Source: a virus
IMG/VR virus record: IMGVR_UViG_3300045988_011306
Coordinates: 1-23,150 of that record
Direction: 5' to 3' (one strand)
Length of the DNA: 23,150 bases
In this document: piece by piece, positions 1 to 7,148 of the stretch
Layout of the letters: every line of letters starts with the position of its first letter
Position numbering within the stretch: the first letter of the stretch is position 1
Position numbers and translations under genes: made by a program
The notes under the pieces: model-generated
The model's input: the letters and a program-made list of their open reading frames with translations, nothing else
Databases searched by the model: none
What the model was told of the DNA's origin: nothing

Positions 1-18
1 GACGGGCTTTCATCTCGG

Positions 19-727
19 CTACAAGTAACCGAGAATTCCCACCTGATTTCTTAAAACATACTGTTTTATAAATCTTCGTGCATATTGTGGATGAATCATA
101 CTCCTTTGTGTTTGCACACTGTATTCACCTTTTTTGACCTTAGAAATTACTTTCTTAGGCACATATTCAATAGGTTCAAAATCTAAGTTATTTTGTACTT
201 CACAATTAATGAACCAATATTGTGTTGGCTTCTCGAAATAATCTCCGTCCATTCTTCGATTTTTATCAATCATAGAAGGTTTTATGCACCAATAACTTGT
301 TAAGTAATGAGGTTGCGTATATGGATTTTCAATAATCATCTGCAATCCTCTTTTTTCTGCTACAACAACTAACATACTGATTAATTCATATAACTCATGT
401 AGTTCATTATGCAGCTTCATGCTATATTCTAGCTTCTTTATATCATCCCAATTTTTTTGTTGCTGTGCTTGTCCTCTAAACCAAAGAGGAACTTTTGCTT
501 CAAACCTTGTACAAGGAAAGAAAGCAATTATTAAATCATCTTTCTTTATCCTGTCAAATATGGAAGGCTCGTTATGATACCCCCCCCCGAATCTCTTTGA
601 ACAAATCAATAACATAATCGGTTTGATTGAACTCATTTTGAATATCGTAGTCATAAGCATTGATTCCTAGCTTTATGAACTCATTCTTAAATGTTCCTGA
701 TTGTTCAAATAAACAATGTACTTCCAT
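19..727 (-). CDS. Small SAM-dependent DNA (cytosine-5)-methyltransferase-like gene with its frame broken at a G9 tract. The N-terminal 51 codons lie at 572..727; the rest is the 19..660 frame.
   Basis: A minus-strand ATG at 727 has AGGAG 9 nt upstream and gives MEVHCLFEQSGTFKNEF (motif I-like). The downstream frame carries IIAFFPC (motif IV PC) and MIIENPY (motif VI ENV-like). Removing one G fuses ...DLFKEIRGG to YHNEPSIF... Confidence 0.55.
580..588 (-). repeat. Homopolymer tract of 9 C on the plus strand (G9 in the coding sense) inside the methyltransferase gene
   Basis: Counted directly: gttatgataCCCCCCCCCgaatc. Confidence 0.95.
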
Positions 728-763
728 CTTTTTTTACTCCTATTTAAAACAATCTCTTTTATT

Positions 764-1378
764 CTATTCTGCATATCTAACACCTAAACTATTCTTTATG
801 TTTCCACGCAACATAATTGATATTGCACTAGGTGTATATCCTGTATTCCTTGCACATTGTGCGATTGATTCATATTCAACCCCATTCAATACAACTTTCT
901 TTTGCCGTACTTCTCCACCTTCAACGCCATTGTTTACAAGATATAAATTCTTAACGTGTTTCTTTCCTTTTAAGCGAACTTTGTGGCTTCTGCTTAAATC
1001 GCCGATAAAAGCTTTGTATGCTAGTCTGTAAAGTTGATACATCTTACCATTTATACAAACTCTATACGCTCCTTTATCAAATGTGGGATGAATCTTTTTT
1101 TTAACTCCATTTTTACTAACTGAAATTACATTTAAACGATTTGAAATGTACCATCTTCTGCCTGTCTTAGATGTTTCAATTAATTCATACAATTCTGTAT
1201 CGCTTGCTTTCTTTTCATCTGCTTCATCTTCAATCAACACACACCCTTTGTATAGCCTTTGATACATAACGTGTGCGTCAAATTGTGCTTTGGTTAACCC
1301 TAACTCATCCATTACCTTTTCGTCGCTTACAAACCCTTTAAATTCGTTTGTGTAAGGTTCTAACATCATGTAATCCAT
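764..1378 (-). CDS. Homing-endonuclease-like DNA-binding protein (NUMOD4/HNH_3-like core, C-terminal NUMOD1/IENR1-like HTH), possibly catalytically degenerate
   Basis: ATG with GAGGTG 6 nt upstream. RRWYISNRLNVISVSKNG ... YRVCINGKMYQLYRLAYKAFIG resembles the NUMOD4 + HNH_3 layout, but Y replaces the usual H. The C-terminal VVLNGVEYESIAQCARNTGYTPSAISIMLRG looks like an HTH. Confidence 0.45.
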   Translation of the reverse strand: MDYMMLEPYTNEFKGFVSDEKVMDELGLTKAQFDAHVMYQRLYKGCVLIEDEADEKKASDTELYELIETSKTGRRWYISNRLNVISVSKNGVKKKIHPTFDKGAYRVCINGKMYQLYRLAYKAFIGDLSRSHKVRLKGKKHVKNLYLVNNGVEGGEVRQKKVVLNGVEYESIAQCARNTGYTPSAISIMLRGNIKNSLGVRYAE

Positions 1379-1603
1379 TTATTTCACCTCTTCAAAGTCT
1401 GTATAGTCAATTGATTCAAGTCTCTTTTCTAATTCACGTTTCTGATATTCAAGCGTTCTAATCTTTATTCTGTATTCGTTATACTTTGAAATACATTTAT
1501 TTGCCTTGTCCTGCTCTTCTTGAATTCTTTTTCCAACAAATAGGCTATATAGAGGAAGTGTTGCAAAACTTCCACATATAAACCCACAAATCCAATAAAT
1601 CAT
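1379..1603 (-). CDS. Small protein with an N-terminal transmembrane helix and a coiled-coil tail
   Basis: ATG with AAAGGTGA upstream. MIYWICGFICGSFATLPLYSLFV is hydrophobic and the rest is charged and helical. Confidence 0.5.
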   Translation of the reverse strand: MIYWICGFICGSFATLPLYSLFVGKRIQEEQDKANKCISKYNEYRIKIRTLEYQKRELEKRLESIDYTDFEEVK

Positions 1604-1693
1604 TTAATCACCTTTCTATGCTCCAAATAGTTGTGCTCTAAGCCTATTAAATTCATCTTGTACTTCTTTATCTGTCTTTGTGCTTTTCTCTGC

Positions 1694-1738
1694 ATAAAAC
1701 TTTGAATCAAGTGTGATAAGCTTGATTCAAAGTTTTAT
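1694..1738. repeat. Perfect 18-bp inverted repeat (ataaaactttgaatcaag / cttgattcaaagttttat) with a 9-nt loop, overlapping the replisome-organizer stop codon
   Basis: Arms at 1694..1711 and 1721..1738 were checked base by base. No clean U-tract follows on the minus strand. Confidence 0.85.
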
Positions 1739-2340
1739 TCATCATGCACCCACTTCTGAATTACTAGTGAATGGTTCTTGTATTTCTTTCCACTCGTTTC
1801 AATGTACTCATCTAATATCTTTATGTGCTCATCTAATGAATCACCATATAAATCTAATAGGTGTGTGTGTTCTTTATCTGTTAATAGAACGTGTTGATAT
1901 TCTCCGTATTTGTGTTTGTGCGTACATACATTAATATTATTTTTATTTAATTCATTTTTAGTTGAATTATTATTTAATTTAATAGGGTTTAGATTTTCTA
2001 ATTTTAGATTTTCTATTTTTAGATTTTCTATTTTTAGATTTTCTAAATTCCGAGGATTGTCTATTAATGTATATTGCCAATCAACAATCAAATTACCTTC
2101 TCTAATTGGTTCACGAATTAAATATCCTTTTTCAATTAATTCTTTTAAACCTGAACGAACACTTGATATTCCATCTGTAGCTAATGCTTTAATACTATTT
2201 TCCTTAAAATCCCAATTATCAGGAAGGCTTAACATTTGGCAAAACAAGCCTTTTGCTTTATAGGATAATTCTCTATCATGGAATATCTCATTATTGACAT
2301 GAGTGTAACCACTTTGTAGTCTTTTCTTTAGTTCTGCTAT
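1735..2340 (-). CDS. Phage replisome organizer / replication initiator (winged-helix N-terminus, DnaD-like C-terminus)
   Basis: N-terminal HVNNEIFHDRELSYKAKGLFCQMLSLPDNWDF ... GLKELIEKGYL and C-terminal YGEYQHVLLTDKEHTHLLDLYG ... YIETSGKKYKNHSLVIQKWV are typical of this family. The track's GTG at 2349 sits inside the SD (GGAGGTG). ATA at 2340 lies 8 nt after GGAGG and is the proposed start. Confidence 0.7.
   Translation of the reverse strand: MAELKKRLQSGYTHVNNEIFHDRELSYKAKGLFCQMLSLPDNWDFKENSIKALATDGISSVRSGLKELIEKGYLIREPIREGNLIVDWQYTLIDNPRNLENLKIENLKIENLKLENLNPIKLNNNSTKNELNKNNINVCTHKHKYGEYQHVLLTDKEHTHLLDLYGDSLDEHIKILDEYIETSGKKYKNHSLVIQKWVHDE
1991..2050. repeat. Four tandem 15-bp direct repeats (agattttcta[a/t]tttt) inside the replisome organizer gene; candidate origin iterons
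   Basis: Units at 1991-2005, 2006-2020, 2021-2035 and 2036-2050 encode ENLKIENLKIENLKLENL. An extremely AT-rich stretch (1929..1990) lies next to them. Confidence 0.8.
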
Positions 2341-2341
2341 T

Positions 2342-2728
2342 CTAATCACCTCCTAGAATTTCTACCTCTATCCTTGGATTTTCTTTATCTGTAAATACTG
2401 AATGATTCACTTGATTAATGTATTTTCTTGAATCATCTTCTAAAATTCCTGTTCTAACTAATGAATCTTGAATGAATTTGGTTGCAAATGTTATGTTGTC
2501 AATATCTCTTTTGTTATTCGGTTCATACCAATTGATATTTAATTTAATTGGATAGTTCTTAACTTCGTAAACTTCGCCAAAATTTACTGCCTGTAAGATA
2601 TAAGCCATAACTAATCGTTCATTCTTTTTCTTCATTTCCGCTCCTTTGTATCGGTTCGTTCTACAAGCATTAATATATTCATTCAATCCATCTAGTTTTC
2701 CTTTAATTACAAATTTTATTTCTATCAC
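2342..2728 (-). CDS. rusA: RusA-family Holliday junction resolvase
   Basis: KRDIDNITFATKFIQDSLVRTGILEDDSRKYI matches the RusA D-x-D-N...K...D-x-L...DD signature. GTG start overlaps the upstream stop (GTGA). Confidence 0.8.
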   Translation of the reverse strand: MIEIKFVIKGKLDGLNEYINACRTNRYKGAEMKKKNERLVMAYILQAVNFGEVYEVKNYPIKLNINWYEPNNKRDIDNITFATKFIQDSLVRTGILEDDSRKYINQVNHSVFTDKENPRIEVEILGGD

Positions 2729-3255
2729 CCCTTGATTCCTTTATCTAAATAATATTGAGTACTGATTCCTAATTGTTCTGCATAATCTAATATGCAATCA
2801 ATTAATACTCCCATTTGTTTTGTGTCCATTTGTGAGCTACCTAGAAACAATCTGCAATTCACAAATTCATTACCATTTTCTCTAACCTCAGTACCTAATA
2901 TTTGCACTGCTCTAACTCCATGCGCTTGAGCCAACGAATCAACACCATCTTTCAAAACTGAAACATATGTATATAACGCTTTTGCCATTCTAAGAAATTC
3001 GCAATACATATCCCATGTATCGTTATAACTAGCATTTTCGTTATCGCATATTTCCTTGATTAAAGCCCACATAAGCCGATTCTGTTCATTAGTACGTAAA
3101 TGTTTAACAGAATCTATAATCACGCTATATGGCCCTTTTTCGAGCTTCTGAGCGTATGATTCGTATATTGGCTCAGTCAATTCAAATGTTATTTCTAGGT
3201 TTCCATCTTCATTTCTTGATTTACGGATGAAATTACCTATTAATTTTGTTTTCAA
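2725..3255 (-). CDS. NinB/Orf-like recombination mediator
   Basis: RTNEQNRLMWALIKEI parallels lambda NinB RSLDQNRKLWACLGDV. GSSQMDTKQMGVLIDCILDYAEQLGI parallels GQSTSRMRVGEFAELLELIQAFG. TTG start overlaps the upstream TGA. Confidence 0.55.
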   Translation of the reverse strand: MKTKLIGNFIRKSRNEDGNLEITFELTEPIYESYAQKLEKGPYSVIIDSVKHLRTNEQNRLMWALIKEICDNENASYNDTWDMYCEFLRMAKALYTYVSVLKDGVDSLAQAHGVRAVQILGTEVRENGNEFVNCRLFLGSSQMDTKQMGVLIDCILDYAEQLGISTQYYLDKGIKG

Positions 3256-3482
3256 AATGGAATGCTCTCCATTTCCTCAAATTTCTGCAATCTGAAAAGT
3301 TCCATTTGCTCATCTGTAATTCCTAGCTCTTTCATTCTTTTAACATCCGTCCATGAATCTTGATATGGATTGAAGTTCTCATTCATGATGTAGTTTTCTA
3401 AATCCTCAATTCTTTTAGCTTGCTCAAAATAGATTTCTCTAGGATATGATTCTTTATTCGTCATAACATTATATGAAAACAT
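3252..3482 (-). CDS. Hypothetical acidic protein
   Basis: ATG with TAAGGAGG upstream; the ORF is tightly packed with its neighbours. Confidence 0.5.
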   Translation of the reverse strand: MFSYNVMTNKESYPREIYFEQAKRIEDLENYIMNENFNPYQDSWTDVKRMKELGITDEQMELFRLQKFEEMESIPF

Positions 3483-3492
3483 ATTTACCTCC

Positions 3493-3750
3493 TTATAGAT
3501 AATTCTTATGAAATATCTTCATAAACTCTTTTCTTGTGTGTTCTTCTTCAAATGCCTGTTGACATTCCTTCTTAAGTTTCATGTCTAATTTGTGATTGAA
3601 ATGTACTCCTTCACTGCTCATATTGTGATGTCTAGCACATAATCTTACATAACATCCATGCTCAATTGATTTCTTTCTGTTTGCAGTGCCGAAATATATT
3701 TCATGTGTGTGTAGATTTAAAGTTGAACCACATACATAGCATTTAGACAT
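3493..3750 (-). CDS. Small zinc-ribbon / HNH-like protein
   Basis: CYVCGS ... HTHEIYFG ... CYVRLCARHHN gives CxxC plus a C..HH metal-binding pattern. It sits in the recombination module. Confidence 0.4.
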   Translation of the reverse strand: MSKCYVCGSTLNLHTHEIYFGTANRKKSIEHGCYVRLCARHHNMSSEGVHFNHKLDMKLKKECQQAFEEEHTRKEFMKIFHKNYL

Positions 3751-3782
3751 ATCTTTTTGTAATATTGATTTATCTCTTTTCT

Positions 3783-4430
3783 TTATACCTGTTCCCTCGC
3801 AATCTTTTCTTTGTACCCTTTAATTAATGCTCCATAAGCTTTAATTGTTGATTGCAATTGTTGCTCATTTAATTTCTGTAAATCTTGTGATTCGCATTGT
3901 GAATGTTTAAGAATCCAACCTGCATATTGTTCTCTAAAGTCAATTCCTAATTCATTCATTTCAGTTTGCATTGCTACAAATTTCTTAACTGTTTCTTCTT
4001 TTGGTTCTAGTTCCTTTTTCTTATCTTCTTCCGGTAAATCTTCGCCTGCATAAATGTATAAACCTAATCCATGACGAGCTATTGCTTTTGTTAAACTTCT
4101 TTGAATTGCTTTATTGACATCAAATGAAGTCAACTTATCAAGAGTGATTGATTTGTTCTTGTAATCCATTACAGGTAATTCTTCAATGTGTTCTAATCCC
4201 TCAATAATTACACTTGTCTTAACCCAAGCAGTGTGACCGTCTGTGAAGTAATTAATAGGCCCATAATCTGATTCACGCTCATAAATTTTATATTGAGCAT
4301 TTGGATACTTCTTTTTTACTTCTCCCCATGCCCATGCCCACGATAAGTAGCTAAGATTATTCTTTTTTTCAACTTTGTCATTTACATTGATTTCATTCAG
4401 TGTTTGAAATACTGATTTCTTTTCTTCCAT
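3783..4430 (-). CDS. sak: Sak-type (Rad52-like) single-strand annealing protein
   Basis: VEKKNNLSYLSWAWAWGEVKKKYP ... AIQRSLTKAIARHGLGLYIYAGEDLP is the hallmark of the Sak/DUF1071 SSAP family. ATG has a strong SD. Confidence 0.75.
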   Translation of the reverse strand: MEEKKSVFQTLNEINVNDKVEKKNNLSYLSWAWAWGEVKKKYPNAQYKIYERESDYGPINYFTDGHTAWVKTSVIIEGLEHIEELPVMDYKNKSITLDKLTSFDVNKAIQRSLTKAIARHGLGLYIYAGEDLPEEDKKKELEPKEETVKKFVAMQTEMNELGIDFREQYAGWILKHSQCESQDLQKLNEQQLQSTIKAYGALIKGYKEKIAREQV

Positions 4431-4529
4431 TCTTCCGTTTCTCCTTTTTTTCTGCTATAATGTATGTGTTCTTATTTTAGAACGTCATTTCTTGTTTGTG
4501 CGTGCTTTTGTCGAGTACGCACCTCTTTT

Positions 4530-4760
4530 TTATCGAAATAACATTGCATACGACTTGCCTAAACAAGCTATTGAAATAAGTAGAATCACGATTGTTGTAA
4601 TTAGAATTACATTTACGCAATTTGTGATTCTTTTTTGATACCTTTTTTCTCTAATAAGTTCTTTTTCTTCTTTGCTTAAATGTATTCGTCTTGGATTAAA
4701 TGGATAAATACTTAACTCCATTTCATCCTCCTGTATTGCATTCATTCTTATATCTTGCAT
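4530..4760 (-). CDS. Small protein with a C-terminal transmembrane helix
   Basis: ATG with GGAGATAG upstream. VNVILITTIVILLISIACLG is hydrophobic. Confidence 0.45.
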   Translation of the reverse strand: MQDIRMNAIQEDEMELSIYPFNPRRIHLSKEEKELIREKRYQKRITNCVNVILITTIVILLISIACLGKSYAMLFR

Positions 4761-4763
4761 AAT

Positions 4764-5057
4764 CTATCTCCTAAAGCTTTTTTTAAATTCAGGACAACAT
4801 TTCAAAAATGTTTCCGTAGGAATTACCTTTTGATGAATATTCCTTTGCGTGAATGAATCTTCCCAATCAGTTCCTGTTTCTTTTTTGTAAGCTTCTTTTA
4901 CTTGCTTCATAATACTGTAGCAGTAGTTTTTCTGCGTTTGTGGCTTGTATCTGTCCAAGTCATAAAGTGCGATTATATCATCTTTATTAAGCAACGCTTT
5001 ATAATCAATAATCACTCTCATACACCTCCATTCTAGATTCACAAGTCTTGATTTCAT
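4764..5057 (-). CDS. Hypothetical protein. The true start is probably internal: ATG at 5021 or GTG at 5015, both downstream of GGAGG.
   Basis: The track ORF overlaps the upstream gene by 53 nt. GAATGGAGGTGTATGAGAGTG provides an SD for the internal starts. Confidence 0.45.
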   Translation of the reverse strand: MKSRLVNLEWRCMRVIIDYKALLNKDDIIALYDLDRYKPQTQKNYCYSIMKQVKEAYKKETGTDWEDSFTQRNIHQKVIPTETFLKCCPEFKKSFRR

Positions 5058-5184
5058 TTACTTCTTGTAAATCTCTTACGTTTAATCTGTTCGCAATTTC
5101 TTGTGCTTCTTCACTGTCATGTGCTTCAACCTCGAATGTAACATTTGCAACCACATCGCAAGTTACGAAATACGTTTTAGTCAT
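5005..5184 (-). CDS. Hypothetical small acidic protein
   Basis: ATG (MTKTYFV...) lies 6 nt after GAGGTG. Confidence 0.5.
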   Translation of the reverse strand: MTKTYFVTCDVVANVTFEVEAHDSEEAQEIANRLNVRDLQEVNEIKTCESRMEVYESDY

Positions 5185-5321
5185 GTTTCTCACCTCTTTT
5201 CTTCTTTTTTTGATTCGTTACTGATTCTAAAATTCTTTTTTCTATTGTTTCACCTCCATGACCTGTCATCATCAGTGCTAGTAGGTCGTCTCTAGCAGAT
5301 AAGCCTTTCGGCTTATTTCGA

Positions 5322-5588
5322 CTAATTTGTAGGAGTAATTCTTTCAACTTGATTCAATTTGAATAAGTAAGCTTTTGCTAAGAAGAAATTGTTCTCAACT
5401 TTTTCTTCTCCGTTTGTATCAGTGTATTTCTTTGCTTTAGGTTTCCATAACTTTGTACAAGTTACTGCGTGCTCACCTTCCTTAACTTTGAACCCCATTT
5501 CTTTCCATTTTTGGAAAGTGCGGAGAGGTTCGAACTCTCCCATTCCTAATGCTTTCTTTGTATTTTGGATAATTTCTTCGTTTGTCAT
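5322..5588 (-). CDS. Hypothetical protein, weakly ArdC-N-like (ssDNA-binding type motif)
   Basis: LRTFQKWKEMGFKVKEGEHA resembles the T-x-x-x-W-x-x-x-G-x-x-V-K-K-G-E motif of ArdC N-terminal domains. This comes from memory only. ATG has AGGAGG upstream. Confidence 0.35.
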   Translation of the reverse strand: MTNEEIIQNTKKALGMGEFEPLRTFQKWKEMGFKVKEGEHAVTCTKLWKPKAKKYTDTNGEEKVENNFFLAKAYLFKLNQVERITPTN

Positions 5589-5605
5589 TTCTTGTGTCCT
5601 CCTTA

Positions 5606-5851
5606 TTAATCCAAGTTTCCTCTTAGAAGTCTTAATGTATTTTTTGATTCATTAATAATTGTTTTCAATCTGTTTAATTCGAAACTGTAATATTGAAGCT
5701 TTTCAAATTTATTATCATTAACATCTAGGATTAATTTTTTCTTTAATTCTTCAATGTCGTTTTCTGCAAGCTTAATTTTTGTTTCATGTACCCAAATGAA
5801 ATTGTCTATTCCTTTTTCTTTTGGTTGTGTTGAGTAATCAATTTTGTTCAT
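5606..5851 (-). CDS. Hypothetical coiled-coil protein
   Basis: ATG with TGGAGGA upstream. Confidence 0.5.
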   Translation of the reverse strand: MNKIDYSTQPKEKGIDNFIWVHETKIKLAENDIEELKKKLILDVNDNKFEKLQYYSFELNRLKTIINESKNTLRLLRGNLD

Positions 5852-5855
5852 TTTC

Positions 5856-6080
5856 TTAATCCTCCAATTTTAAGATTCCTTCTAATTCATATTTGTATGA
5901 TTCATAAACTTTTAATTCTCTTCTAATTTGCTCTATTCTTTCACAAGTTACCTTTACATAACTTGTATCACCAATTTCTGCTCTTTCCTTCATTGATTCC
6001 ATTTCTTGATTCAATGTTCTTTCTAGACTATTTATTTGCCAATCTGTTCTAGCTAATAGTTTTTCAATTTCTTTCTTCAT
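5856..6080 (-). CDS. Hypothetical coiled-coil protein
   Basis: ATG with TGGAGGA upstream. Confidence 0.5.
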   Translation of the reverse strand: MKKEIEKLLARTDWQINSLERTLNQEMESMKERAEIGDTSYVKVTCERIEQIRRELKVYESYKYELEGILKLED

Positions 6081-6123
6081 TTCTTGTATCCTCCATTTAG
6101 TACTTATTTGTACCTTACAAGTA

Positions 6124-6151
6124 CATATAGTACTTTTAAATTAAATTGCAA
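6124..6151 (-). promoter_or_regulatory. Possible early promoter (TTGCAA-16-TATATG), followed by phased GTAC repeats
   Basis: TTGCAA at 6151..6146 and TATATG at 6129..6124, upstream of gene 5856..6080. Confidence 0.3.
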
Positions 6152-6182
6152 AGTGTTTTTTTATTCTAATTTACAAGTTTAC

Positions 6183-6353
6183 TTATTTCATTCTTGATAA
6201 CAATTCTTTTTTTACCATTTTCAATTCTGCTTCGTTTAGTTCTGTTGGATTTGTAATGCTTTTACGATATAACCCACTGTAAATGATTACTATCTCTTTA
6301 TTGCCAATTTTCTTAATATTTCTTTCAAAGTTTTTTATTTCTTGTTTTGTCAT
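6183..6353 (-). CDS. Hypothetical small protein (56 aa)
   Basis: ATG at 6353 lies 9 nt after AGGAGG. The leader is nearly identical to that of gene 6896..7111. Confidence 0.5.
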   Translation of the reverse strand: MTKQEIKNFERNIKKIGNKEIVIIYSGLYRKSITNPTELNEAELKMVKKELLSRMK

Positions 6354-6392
6354 TTCCTGTTTCCTCCTGTGCACCTTATTAATTTCATATAT

Positions 6393-6421
6393 AGTATAAC
6401 ATACACGTATGTACTTGTCAA
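6393..6421 (-). promoter_or_regulatory. SigA-type early promoter: TTGACA, 17-nt spacer, TATACT with a TG extension
   Basis: -35 at 6421..6416 and -10 at 6398..6393. The spacer contains ACATAC-GT-GTATGT. Confidence 0.7.
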
Positions 6422-6428
6422 TGCTTTT

Positions 6429-6459
6429 AAAGAAAACAGACTATTTTTTTTTAGTCTGT
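6429..6459 (-). terminator. Intrinsic terminator after the RHH gene
   Basis: Minus strand reads ACAGACTA-A8-TAGTCTGT followed by TTTTCTT. The 8-bp stem overlaps the RHH stop codon. Confidence 0.65.
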
Positions 6460-6623
6460 AAATCTTTTCGAATTAATTTTTTAATGTACCCCATTTTAGA
6501 ATCAACCTCATCCAATTTCTTTAGGATGTCTGCGTCCGTGTTGAAACTTAACCGAACGCAGATAGTCTTTGTGTTTTTTTTATTTGATTTATTATTTGCT
6601 CTTATCTTTGCTTTTGAAACCAC
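6441..6623 (-). CDS. Ribbon-helix-helix (Arc/CopG-like) DNA-binding protein
   Basis: TICVRLSFNTDADILKKLDEVDSKMGYIKKLIRKDL fits a strand-helix-helix pattern. GTG start lies 8 nt after GGAGG. Confidence 0.6.
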   Translation of the reverse strand: MVSKAKIRANNKSNKKNTKTICVRLSFNTDADILKKLDEVDSKMGYIKKLIRKDLQTKKK

Positions 6624-6636
6624 TTACAATTCCTCC

Positions 6637-6882
6637 TTATACAATTGTGATTTTATTTCTAAAAATATCGTTGTATCTGTTACTACTAGAATACCACTTA
6701 TCGTTGAACATATCATATTGTTTCACAATTAATGGATTCTTTTTTCCTGTAACGATATAAACGTTGTCCATATTACTTGGCATAGAATGAACATATTCGT
6801 CCATTCTATTTCTCAAGCTTGTTAAGGAGTTGCTTTTATCAACAACTTCTCCTTTATAAATTGCATAATACTTAAATGTCAT
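6637..6882 (-). CDS. Hypothetical small protein (81 aa)
   Basis: ATG at 6882 (MTFKYYAIYKG) lies 6 nt after GGAGGAG. Confidence 0.5.
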   Translation of the reverse strand: MTFKYYAIYKGEVVDKSNSLTSLRNRMDEYVHSMPSNMDNVYIVTGKKNPLIVKQYDMFNDKWYSSSNRYNDIFRNKITIV

Positions 6883-6895
6883 TTCTAGCTCCTCC

Positions 6896-7111
6896 TTATT
6901 TCTTTGCCTTTCCAAACAACCCTCTATCTTCTAAGCTATTAATCAATATTAATTGTTTCAGTTCTTCAACTGTTCTGTCATCTCCACATAAACTTTTATC
7001 TTCATACAATAAGCGACTGTTTTCGTTTTTAGCATCCATTGCTTCTTTGTCACTCATCTTTTGTACTGCATAATAGAAATCTTTTACTTGCATTAATTTT
7101 TCGTTTGTCAT
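6896..7111 (-). CDS. Hypothetical small protein (71 aa)
   Basis: ATG at 7111 (MTNEKLMQV) lies 9 nt after AGGAGG. Confidence 0.5.
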   Translation of the reverse strand: MTNEKLMQVKDFYYAVQKMSDKEAMDAKNENSRLLYEDKSLCGDDRTVEELKQLILINSLEDRGLFGKAKK

Positions 7112-7148
7112 TTCTTGTTTCCTCCTGTGTACTTCTTTGTACATACAT

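Noticed and set aside
1-13. Possible start of another minus-strand gene at the left edge (ATGAAAGCCCGTC)
   Set aside because: Only four codons are visible and the SD is weak. It cannot be supported from this window.
660-1031. Plus-strand ORFs from the six-frame track, for example 660..1031, 1910..2263, 6409..6732, 8352..8705, 13487..13792, 15662..15955 and 21217..21597
   Set aside because: All lie antisense to well-supported minus-strand genes and lack Shine-Dalgarno sequences. Their translations are low-complexity F/L/S/I-rich strings, typical of shadow frames in AT-rich coding DNA.
2347-2349. GTG starts proposed by the track for the replisome organizer (2349) and the holin (11325)
   Set aside because: In both cases the GTG is the 3' part of the Shine-Dalgarno sequence itself (GGAGGTG and AAGGAGTG). 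This leaves no spacer for initiation.
4431-4529. Promoter upstream of the sak gene (TTCTAA-17-TATAGC) and a GTGCGT/ACGCAC hairpin
   Set aside because: Both hexamers match the consensus poorly and the hairpin has a long loop and no U-tract. The evidence is too weak to report as a feature.
5299-5316. Hairpin ATAAGCC-GAAA-GGCTTAT after gene 5322..5588, and short hairpins at 20415..20431 and 20468..20482, as terminators
   Set aside because: The stems are short (6-7 bp) and lack a proper U-tract on the coding strand. They may affect RNA stability, but calling them terminators is not justified.
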